From: a virus | Lineage: Duplodnaviria; Caudoviricetes | Direction: 5' to 3' (one strand) | IMG/VR virus record: IMGVR_UViG_3300048762_000252 | Coordinates: 102,603-166,602 of that record | Length of the DNA stretch: 64,000 bases | Translations under genes and position numbers: made by a program | The notes under the pieces: model-generated | What the model was told of the DNA's origin: nothing | Seen by the model: the letters and a program-made list of their open reading frames with translations, nothing else | Databases searched by the model: none | In this document: piece by piece, positions 1 to 7,770 of the stretch | Layout of the letters: the number at the start of each line of letters is the position of its first letter | Numbering within the stretch: the stretch's first letter is position 1

Positions 1-99
1 ACCGTAAAGAAGCCTGTTTCCTGGCGTTAGGAAGCCCTACAGCGCATCGGAATGGGGGTTGGCGGTGGGTTGGGCAGGCTGTAAGCAAAGCCGGTCTAC

Positions 100-127
100 T
101 TGACAAATCCTAAAATCGTGAGATCAT
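100..127 (+). promoter_or_regulatory. sigma70-type promoter for the tRNA-like RNA and mom gene
   Basis: TTGACA at 100-105, 16-nt spacer, extended -10 TGnGATCAT at 119-127; predicted start near 134, the first base of the tRNA-like element. Confidence 0.6.
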
Positions 128-133
128 AAAAAA

Positions 134-207
134 GCGTGGATAGCACAAAGGTAGTGTGTTCGATCCCAATCGAAAGGTGGCGGTTCGACTCCGACCTCCA
201 CGCTCCA
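134..207 (+). tRNA. non-canonical tRNA-Gly-like RNA
   Basis: Acceptor GCGTGGA/TCCACGC, discriminator T and encoded CCA; D arm GCAC-AAAGGTA-GTGT; anticodon stem TTCGA/TCGAA with 6-nt loop TCCCAA; T loop TTCGACT with irregular T stem. Confidence 0.85.
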
Positions 208-211
208 AACA

Positions 212-1006
212 ATGGAAAAAGCACATCAACGAAAAATTAGAGAAGAGCAAGCACGCTACGATTCTCCGCTGGCAGAATGGCATGACATTGACACGTCTAT
301 TCAAAACGGTATCGTTCATGAAATAGATTTCGATGTCGCAAAACCTATTATTCTCAAATACGAATGGCTTGGAAAATTGCGTGCCGGAATGCTACATGCT
401 TTTGGCATATTTTTTGATGGTGTCATCGGCGGCGTTGTGATCTATGCCAATGACTACTCCGAAAATCTTGGTACCTGGGATGGCTACGGATACACGGGTA
501 AGATTATTTGCTTGGCAAGAGGCACTTGTGTTCATTGGGCGCATGAACATACCGGCAGCAAGCTCATCAGACAGTCAATGAAGATGCTGCCCGACAAATA
601 TAAAATAATTTCTTGCACCGTAGACGAAAATGCAGGAGAGATCGGTACGATTTATCAAGCATGTGGTTTCAACTACGTTGGAATCATGGGACCAGGAAAA
701 CGTGTCGTTTTTATAAAACCAAATGGTAACCAAATCTCTGAACGGACGGCTCGTGACCTATATGGCACAGGCAACATCAAACTGCTGGAAGAGAAGGGAC
801 TGAAAGCAGAATATGTGAAACGCAAGGCTCGTTACTTCGCATTCCGTGGGTCCAAGAAAGAACAGAAGGAACTACGCAAAGCTATCGAGTCTCAAATAAA
901 ACCATATCCTAAACGGCAGCGGCATTCTGACGACGAGTTGCAGCAGCTTTGTGACCAGCCTGAACCATCGTCTCATGACGCTCCTGCTTCGCACGAAGAC
1001 GAGTAG
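212..1006 (+). CDS. mom: Mom-family (GNAT-fold) DNA adenine modification enzyme
   Basis: IISCTVDENAGEIGTIYQACGFNYVG matches the Mom motif (S-x-x-D...G-x-x-GTIYQA-x-x-F/W-x-Y-x-G); upstream LARG..SKLI and C-terminal KARY motifs. Confidence 0.8.
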   Translation: MEKAHQRKIREEQARYDSPLAEWHDIDTSIQNGIVHEIDFDVAKPIILKYEWLGKLRAGMLHAFGIFFDGVIGGVVIYANDYSENLGTWDGYGYTGKIICLARGTCVHWAHEHTGSKLIRQSMKMLPDKYKIISCTVDENAGEIGTIYQACGFNYVGIMGPGKRVVFIKPNGNQISERTARDLYGTGNIKLLEEKGLKAEYVKRKARYFAFRGSKKEQKELRKAIESQIKPYPKRQRHSDDELQQLCDQPEPSSHDAPASHEDE

Positions 1007-1148
1007 CAGCGGCTTTGAAACCAGCACGGACCTGAGTGGTGTTTTTGCCTTCCGCAGCGGCGTGCGCTACGATGGCATTGATCTTCTTGGTGACAGCGGA
1101 CTTGAGTCCCGGTGTCGTTGCGTTTATGAGTTGTTCTGCGATTGTCAT
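909..1148 (-). CDS. small basic Ala/Lys-rich protein with AGxKAAATR repeats
   Basis: ATGA coupling to the upstream gene, AGGAAGG RBS; paralogous to the C-terminus of 1145..2137. Confidence 0.7.
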   Translation of the reverse strand: MTIAEQLINATTPGLKSAVTKKINAIVAHAAAEGKNTTQVRAGFKAAATRLRAKQERHETMVQAGHKAAATRRQNAAAV

Positions 1149-2137
1149 TGTGTTATACCTTCCTGTTGGTGAATTCGTGTAGCAGCCGCTTTAAATCCTG
1201 CAATCACCATTGTGGGATTCTTCCCATATGCGGCAGCAATTGCAGCTTCGTGGTTCATCTTCCGCCACACAGCCGATCTTTGAGCGGACGTGGTGGCAAA
1301 AGCAAGTTGACGAGAGATTGTGTTATAGTGTGTCATTTCGTGCGTGCTAATAACTTTTTCTATCGGTTCTGCGTTGAGCACATCTTGAATGACGGTACGA
1401 ACTGCATTCAGATTTCTGTCTTCTAGGCGATGTCCTGAGCGTACAATATTGGTACATCCCCATACCAACATCGGAGATCCATCGTTGTACGGTTCCAATT
1501 TGTACGTAGCATCATAACCATCCAACAGATGAAGACGGATAAGTAAATACATCATACATGCCGCATTGCGGTAAGCTTCTGTCGATAGGTTTCGGAATTC
1601 TCTCCGTTTCATGGTATCGAAAAATTCTCCAGTGCTGGTCTGCATGGCTTCCAGGAGACTTGGGTAGAATGGATTACCACGAAACGCCGGGGAACCTGTG
1701 ATGAACACATTGGCATGAGGTTTAAGAGCCGGTAATAGAAACTTCGTGAACCATTGTACATCCACTCGCCGCATATTGCCTTGATAGTCCAAGTTGGCAA
1801 GGTCAAGAGAGCCGGAATTTAGCGGCACAGTCACCAGATCCCCAAAATAGGGTTCGACGGCAACGGAAAGTTCGGATAGCACTTTGCTCATTGCCAAGAA
1901 AGTATCAGCTTCACGTTCCACTGCAATCACACTGGAGTGGCTGTCAATTGTGTTCTGTTCAATAGCGTATTTGACATCTTCGCATTGAGCACTTGGTAGT
2001 GTCAACACTCTATCGAAGTGACGCTTACTTTTCCAGATAAGCGGTCTGACGATAGACGCCTTAGATGTTCGATTTGCCCAATTGATTGTTGCCATGTTAT
2101 TGCACCAGCCCGTTGTATAGTGGCATCGGTTTTTCAA
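1145..2137 (-). CDS. hypothetical protein, possible class I SAM-dependent methyltransferase fold
   Basis: Rossmann-like pattern VLTLPS...VIAVERE...LDLANLDYQG; start possibly at 2095. Confidence 0.45.
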   Translation of the reverse strand: MKNRCHYTTGWCNNMATINWANRTSKASIVRPLIWKSKRHFDRVLTLPSAQCEDVKYAIEQNTIDSHSSVIAVEREADTFLAMSKVLSELSVAVEPYFGDLVTVPLNSGSLDLANLDYQGNMRRVDVQWFTKFLLPALKPHANVFITGSPAFRGNPFYPSLLEAMQTSTGEFFDTMKRREFRNLSTEAYRNAACMMYLLIRLHLLDGYDATYKLEPYNDGSPMLVWGCTNIVRSGHRLEDRNLNAVRTVIQDVLNAEPIEKVISTHEMTHYNTISRQLAFATTSAQRSAVWRKMNHEAAIAAAYGKNPTMVIAGFKAAATRIHQQEGITQ

Positions 2138-4529
2138 TTACCATCGGAATCAGCGTAGAGCGTTTGTTTTTTTCGGTTGGGTTGAATTCTAAGTGAGTTT
2201 CTAGTTCTCGTTGTTCTCTCATGTAGTCAATTTTGGCGAGAGGAAGAGCGGTACCAACAACTCTAATATTAGAATAGTTAAACCACTCTTGCGCTTCCAA
2301 TTCAGCCTTTGTGAGCTTGTTCTTTTTGCCTTTGCCGTTACCGAATAACTGGGAGCGAAGGACGCCACAAGTGATTCCTACTTCACCTTTAGGAGAGTAC
2401 TTACCATCTGCCTGACTGATAGTGTACAATTGGTCGGCGTTGCGCCCACCAAAATTCTTGTACTTCATATTGTCACTTAGATGCCAGATGAGAGAATTTT
2501 TGGTTTCCCCATTGTTCTTAGCTTTTCCAGCAGGATCATGAATCCCGTGAAATGTTGCCTTTGTACCATGACGAAAAGACCAATCTTTCCCGGCAAAGCG
2601 ATGTTCACCAGCCCGGTTTTTACTTTCCACTTCTTGTCCAATGCTTGCAATTGATAGACCAGTTACGTCAGCCACATGTTTCCGCATTATAGCATCAAGC
2701 ACGGAGTTTGAGAAATAATTCGCCGTATCTTCTACATTACCGATAACATTTTTGTCACTTTGTAATCTAGCCGTGAGCGAAGAGAACAAAAACGTTACCA
2801 TCGGGTCGTGTGTCCATTCTTCATTCCACAGAAGGCAGTTGCTATGATTGGAATAGAGCGACTTACCATTTTCCAAAACCCATGCCAGACGACGAGCCGG
2901 ACAACGATCTTCTTCGTAGCACACACCTTTATCTTGAATAGTCTTGTGAATTTCGTAAGATCTGTTCGTCAACAACAGCCGAGTGCGTGCAGTCTTGTAT
3001 CCACTCAGGCGTGCGGCGAAGCTCTGTTTGACTGACTCATCACCTTTATTTGCCGGAGCAAGATCAATGGCGATGTCAATCAACTTGTGATACCGATGAG
3101 CCATTTTGCAGCGGTCTACAATAATGGTAATGACCTTCATACCTTTCATGTAGTAATAATCTTGAATGTCTCTGATAGACCTAAACTTTTTATGCTGCGC
3201 CACAACCTTGGGATCTCCAAGATTTATAACAGCAATTTCTGGATTGTTGTTTATAACAGCAGAAAGTTCTTGACAAGCCCGCATTTCTTCTTTGGGTTGT
3301 TTCCGGTCCACACGAATCATAATAATGTCGTTGTCAACCATCATCCGCTTAATAACACGCTTCAACAACAGTAGATGCTTGCGTCCATAAGGACCATCTT
3401 CTTCGGCATCGTTACCGGTTTCTACCTGATTACGATAGTATTCCGGCTCTAAGGTTTCTTTTGGACCAAGACCATACTTTGCACGGCACTCTTCGTCCAC
3501 GATACAGAGCGGAAGCCGATGATGTGTTTTTAACGCACCGGGCATGAAACGATAAATTACTCTTCCTTCTGACAAACATTCGCCCGTCTTTTTGTTGATA
3601 TCTCCTATGAAAAATGATTGATAACCGGGATCAATCCATCCCGCTATGTGATGGATAAGTCCATAAACTTTGGGTTGCAAGAACTCTGTAGGTGTGGCGT
3701 CTACGGCAACGAGTGTATGCTCTACATTTAAATCACGAATCTTGTTCTGAAGCTTGGACCAGATGCCGTTTTCTGCGCTGCCATAATGTGGTTCATCCAA
3801 TGCAGCGAATACGCTATAATCTGCCCCAACGCACAATTTTTTTATCAGTGCGTCAAATGCTCCAAGCACTATCGTGTTCGTATCTTTGACCATTCTGTCC
3901 GCAGCAAATTGGTGCGTTCTTTGAACAACTCGATCAAATTGATTTGGAGATCCAATGTGAAGTTTGTTGCGGTAGTAGTCAATGACTTTGTATTTTTTGC
4001 GCTGATAAACCACGGAGAGACATGACATCAAGGCCGCACGAAGCCGAATCTCATCGAACATGGTTTTTTCGTGCTTCTCAAGATTTGGAATGATGGCGAT
4101 TGGATAAACTGTCTTTTTCTTCCCATTATTCAACCACTCCAACATTGGGTAAATGGTTAGAAGAATTTGTTGAATAGCGCTTTTTGTGCTCTGTGTGGGC
4201 GACGTAATAAGATGCAATGGCTTCTCTTTGTAATCGTCGTATTTATCCGCAAGAAGACACTTCATAGCGTCACTGAGGGTACGAGTGCCACCAGGATACG
4301 GAACGCCATGGTTATCATCAATATCATATCCACCACAAAGAACATCATCTTCGCATTCCGGGAGGACCCCCGAAAACTCCAGTTTAAAGCCTGGAAGAAT
4401 CAACTGTTTACAAAACCTTTTGAGAGCCTTCGTCACTGCACGAATTCTGTAGCGACGAATTTGCCTAGAAAGCTGCGAAAGGGTGAGCGCCGATGCGCTC
4501 AGTTCGTAATTGTTTGAATCGTCCATCAC
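2097..4529 (-). CDS. divergent SF2 helicase/ATPase-like protein
   Basis: SPTQSTKS (TQSGKT-like Walker A), LDEPHYG (DExH), VDATP (motif III); own sigma70 promoter at 4534-4563. Confidence 0.55.
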   Translation of the reverse strand: MMDDSNNYELSASALTLSQLSRQIRRYRIRAVTKALKRFCKQLILPGFKLEFSGVLPECEDDVLCGGYDIDDNHGVPYPGGTRTLSDAMKCLLADKYDDYKEKPLHLITSPTQSTKSAIQQILLTIYPMLEWLNNGKKKTVYPIAIIPNLEKHEKTMFDEIRLRAALMSCLSVVYQRKKYKVIDYYRNKLHIGSPNQFDRVVQRTHQFAADRMVKDTNTIVLGAFDALIKKLCVGADYSVFAALDEPHYGSAENGIWSKLQNKIRDLNVEHTLVAVDATPTEFLQPKVYGLIHHIAGWIDPGYQSFFIGDINKKTGECLSEGRVIYRFMPGALKTHHRLPLCIVDEECRAKYGLGPKETLEPEYYRNQVETGNDAEEDGPYGRKHLLLLKRVIKRMMVDNDIIMIRVDRKQPKEEMRACQELSAVINNNPEIAVINLGDPKVVAQHKKFRSIRDIQDYYYMKGMKVITIIVDRCKMAHRYHKLIDIAIDLAPANKGDESVKQSFAARLSGYKTARTRLLLTNRSYEIHKTIQDKGVCYEEDRCPARRLAWVLENGKSLYSNHSNCLLWNEEWTHDPMVTFLFSSLTARLQSDKNVIGNVEDTANYFSNSVLDAIMRKHVADVTGLSIASIGQEVESKNRAGEHRFAGKDWSFRHGTKATFHGIHDPAGKAKNNGETKNSLIWHLSDNMKYKNFGGRNADQLYTISQADGKYSPKGEVGITCGVLRSQLFGNGKGKKNKLTKAELEAQEWFNYSNIRVVGTALPLAKIDYMREQRELETHLEFNPTEKNKRSTLIPMVIEKPMPLYNGLVQ

Positions 4530-4533
4530 CTAT

Positions 4534-4626
4534 AGCATAGCAAACAACTGCCGGTGCTGTCAATAGATGCACCTTCAATATTTTTTTAAATTGCTATTGA
4601 CAAAGTAGATACATCTATGGTACTAT
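4534..4626. promoter_or_regulatory. divergent sigma70 promoter pair with palindromic motifs
   Basis: Minus strand TTGACA (4558-4563)..TATGCT; plus strand TTGACA 4597-4602..TACTAT 4621-4626; TAGATACATCTA at 4606-4617. Confidence 0.75.
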
Positions 4627-4646
4627 GAAGATAAGGAAAAGAAAAT

Positions 4647-5178
4647 ATGCCCCATTACGAGTATAAGAAAACGCCGGTCATTGTGTTTGAAGAAGGCTCC
4701 AAGCTCACGCAGGTGTGCTATGTTGGAGCAGACCCGGAATTTCCAGATGTTTTCTGAGTAGACACGAGCAAAATCAAGCTAGTGCTTTCCAAAGAAGAGA
4801 AATTTCAGAAAAAACTGCGAAGCCAACTTGACATCATTGAAGCGTCTGACGTTTCGTACCAAGTGGCGGGGCATTTAGCATCTCACCCATCGAAATTCAA
4901 TATTTCTTACCCACCGAGTCAACGAGACCTAGCTGTCGATAGCATCATGAAGTAAGTATGGGGTAAATTTAACCGACGAAATCCTTACGGAGTCTACCGA
5001 TGCCAAGCAAGGTTGGTCATGTTCTGTTGTAACAAGCGACCACGGATTAACCCAACAATTACTAGAGCAAACAGCAGTCAACTCCACTCGGTATTTTGAC
5101 ACGAGTAAGGTATCAATGCACGCTCGTGAATTCGTCCTCGGATTTCTCGGCGGCGTACTGAAATTCAGTTCAGTGTAA
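4647..5178 (+). pseudogene. disrupted ~175-aa gene
   Basis: AAGGA RBS and ATG at 4647; in-frame TGA 4755-4757 (DVF*VDTSKI); AAGT duplication at 4950-4957 shifts the frame; frame resumes to TAA 5178. Confidence 0.7.
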
Positions 5179-5286
5179 AGAATCAGAACATCGAAGAAAT
5201 CCGTTCGCATGTGCCTTCGGAATTTCTGGCAGCATTTGATACTGGGGTTCTCGCCACAGCTTGAAAAGTTTCAATATTGAAAACTT

Positions 5287-6186
5287 TCAAGTAACATACA
5301 TCGTCTTTCCAAATTTTTTCGCCATATCCAGCAAATCTTGGATCGACAAATTCACTCGGTATGTATTCACAGAGTAGTGCGGGTCACGATTGAGAATCGC
5401 CAGCCAACGGTGGTGTCCATCGAACACATAGTTGTCCTTTGAGACGATGAACGGCTTCGTAGAGAGCGCCGTAGAGTTCTGAAGTGCTGACACCTTCTCA
5501 TGATCCACATCTTCTTGACCTTGAGCACTCCGAAGCAAAGCCACGGGCATAGAAAGATATTGAACCGTGACGCCTTGATTTTCAAGCCAGTCAATGAACT
5601 CCATCGTATTAGCGGCTGTAATCTGTGGCATTTTTTCTCGTGGCATATTCAGACTTGTCTGCGGCACATAGATGCCGGGACCGCCGCCAAGCGTCATGTC
5701 TCCAATCGTGTACTCGTTGATTGAAGTGTGCGTATCATTCGTTTCTATTTTACTCTCTTCACCCTGCAACACCATGAATGTCGGTGGTGGCTTCAATTCG
5801 GTGTAATCATACTCTATTGGCACTTTATAGGACAGCGTGATGTGTGGGATGAATGTGGGAAATCTGCTCTTGCCGCCCAGGTTCATAGCACGTTGCCATT
5901 GATCCACCAATGGATCGGATTGAAACTGAACAGTCAATGCTTCATTCATTATGACGATTTTGAATGTCGCCGGATAAATCATGACTGGAGTAGGGTCTAC
6001 TGTGTATCCGGGTATGACAATTTCAGATTGAATAATTGTGCAATGTAATTCGCTGATTGGAAGTGGATTTGGAATGCGGTTCTCTCGCATCCAGCCATAA
6101 AGAAATTCTGAGCTTTGTTGATTCAATCTTCGGAATGTGTATAGCCCAACGGAGTTTTCCGTTAGGAATTGCATGTATGTTTTCAC
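5287..6186 (-). CDS. acb1: Acb1/gp57B-like 2H phosphodiesterase fused to a ParB/Srx-like domain
   Basis: GLY..IPNPLP..LHCTI and PHITLSY (two HxT motifs, as in T4 57B); C-terminal IVSKDNYVFDGHHRW. Confidence 0.8.
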   Translation of the reverse strand: MKTYMQFLTENSVGLYTFRRLNQQSSEFLYGWMRENRIPNPLPISELHCTIIQSEIVIPGYTVDPTPVMIYPATFKIVIMNEALTVQFQSDPLVDQWQRAMNLGGKSRFPTFIPHITLSYKVPIEYDYTELKPPPTFMVLQGEESKIETNDTHTSINEYTIGDMTLGGGPGIYVPQTSLNMPREKMPQITAANTMEFIDWLENQGVTVQYLSMPVALLRSAQGQEDVDHEKVSALQNSTALSTKPFIVSKDNYVFDGHHRWLAILNRDPHYSVNTYRVNLSIQDLLDMAKKFGKTMYVT

Positions 6187-6199
6187 TATACGAAAGTCT

Positions 6200-6583
6200 C
6201 TAACTATTTAGAGTCCTTTCTCCGATGTTGATAATGGCCGGATTCAATACTCCACCATTTTCGTTGGCATCGTCGCCTTCAGTTCCGATTTGACATTCAT
6301 GATTGTGCCAACGACGAAGTGTTTCACCATGCTCCCAAAAATGAGCTAACGCAGAAACAGCACACCCGTACATAAATCCAGTAATCCCATCGGTGTCTGT
6401 TGTATGACTTGTTTCATCAGCAATACTGGGAATTTCACAACCGTCTGCAACTTTTTCTTCCATCAAATTGGCCCAACGTTCGGTGTAATCAATAACAACC
6501 TTGCTGTAACCATCATGAGAATTAATCTCAACATAGTCAGCATATTCTTGTTCTTTTCCTGGTATGATTTTCATTGTTTCCAT
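6200..6583 (-). CDS. hypothetical phage protein
   Basis: ORF in operon, translationally coupled. Confidence 0.7.
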   Translation of the reverse strand: METMKIIPGKEQEYADYVEINSHDGYSKVVIDYTERWANLMEEKVADGCEIPSIADETSHTTDTDGITGFMYGCAVSALAHFWEHGETLRRWHNHECQIGTEGDDANENGGVLNPAIINIGERTLNS

Positions 6584-7044
6584 CCTAACTGTCTGTATTT
6601 CACTGGAATATTTTTCTTGTAAGAATCTTCAATTCCCATTTGCATACCTGGACTAATACCCAAGTCTTCATAGACTACGGTGTAGTCACTCGCTTCACGA
6701 AATCGGAATCCAGCTTGAATACCACGTTCTCGTTCTTCTGGAATAGTATCATCAAGACCTTGTGTATAAAGTCCATGACTTGCGAATGGAGCTTCTCCAC
6801 GCATAAGAGAATCATGTATGGCCGCACGTAAATAGGCGAGGTTGTTCTCTACATCGCCAGCATATGGACTTTCTATGATTACGATAGGAACATATGGTTT
6901 TTCTTCTGAAAATATTTCTTTTTCTGAAAACAAAGGTTGTAAAAAATTCACCACTCGCCACTTGATTTCCATTTCTTCGCATTCGGCGTCACCACATGTA
7001 CCTTTACAGCGTGGTCTTTTTATCTCTTCACTCATTGTTTCCAC
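6571..7044 (-). CDS. DUF4406-like / nucleoside deoxyribosyltransferase-fold protein
   Basis: IIESPYAGDVE..N...GEAPFASH.LY..LDD..ER..GI..G...GIS.GM motif set. Confidence 0.65.
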   Translation of the reverse strand: METMSEEIKRPRCKGTCGDAECEEMEIKWRVVNFLQPLFSEKEIFSEEKPYVPIVIIESPYAGDVENNLAYLRAAIHDSLMRGEAPFASHGLYTQGLDDTIPEERERGIQAGFRFREASDYTVVYEDLGISPGMQMGIEDSYKKNIPVKYRQLGWKQ

Positions 7045-7190
7045 TCTTCTTCAGCCATTTCATAAATCGAGTACACTTTAATCGTCTTTGGATCAATATT
7101 CTTTTCTTTGATCCACACATTCAAAGCGTACAGAGAAGCAAATCCCCATTGGTCATCTTCAAGTTCAACTTGATACTTTGGTAGTCTCAT
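7032..7190 (-). CDS. 52-aa hypothetical protein (not in ORF track)
   Basis: MRLPKYQVELEDDQWGF...EEWKQ; ATGA overlaps at both ends. Confidence 0.65.
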   Translation of the reverse strand: MRLPKYQVELEDDQWGFASLYALNVWIKEKNIDPKTIKVYSIYEMAEEEWKQ

Positions 7191-7768
7191 TTTTCATCAA
7201 GCCAATGTAAGTAGGTCAACAATTGGTATGAGCTATCACTTACTGGATGCTCTACAGAATACGGCCAGGGCCACAAAGATGGAAACATCGTCAAACGACC
7301 CTTGCGAGGTTTGATTTTCACATTTGGATGTGGAAAGAAAATTTCACCACCTTCAGCATCATTTAAAAACCAACACAAAGCCAAATACCGCCGGGCGCTT
7401 GAATGACTGTTGACATCAGTATGATAAGCAAAGTAATCTTTCGAGTCCGGTCCACCACGATATTTTTTCACACGAAATACTTCACAACCAATTTGCGCCG
7501 GGAAGGTTCGAACTGGCAGTTCCGCTTGATACTTACTCACTGCAAGCTCTGTAATCTTCATAAGAACCGGCTGAAGCGATTCTTGAAAGCCTTGAACTTT
7601 GGAGAGATTCAATTCTAGGTGAGAACGAACCATTAATTTTCCATCTGATGTATGCTCAATCTCTTCAGTAACATCTGGTGATTGATCAAATTGAGCGATT
7701 AATCCATTGCAAAGATCATCGGGCAATGCATTCTCGTATACCTTAATATAGTCACAAATGAAACTCAT
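7187..7768 (-). CDS. 2OG-Fe(II) oxygenase (prolyl-hydroxylase-like), atypical distal ligand
   Basis: YHTD (HxD), LND..GGE..FP, KPRKGRL.MFPS. Confidence 0.8.
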   Translation of the reverse strand: MSFICDYIKVYENALPDDLCNGLIAQFDQSPDVTEEIEHTSDGKLMVRSHLELNLSKVQGFQESLQPVLMKITELAVSKYQAELPVRTFPAQIGCEVFRVKKYRGGPDSKDYFAYHTDVNSHSSARRYLALCWFLNDAEGGEIFFPHPNVKIKPRKGRLTMFPSLWPWPYSVEHPVSDSSYQLLTYLHWLDEK

Positions 7769-7770
7769 AT

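Noticed and set aside
134-207. Ordinary tRNA-Trp (CCA in the loop) or UGA suppressor
   Set aside because: The loop is 6 nt, and the acceptor stem and U discriminator are Gly-type; bacterial tRNA-Trp has G73
4755-4757. Genome-wide TGA=Trp recoding
   Set aside because: Many conserved genes, including gp43 and those with ATGA overlaps, end properly at TGA, and this gene has a second lesion
6571-7043. Repeated junction TGGAAACAATGA at two gene boundaries
   Set aside because: Only 12 nt, explainable by RBS plus stop/start overlap constraints
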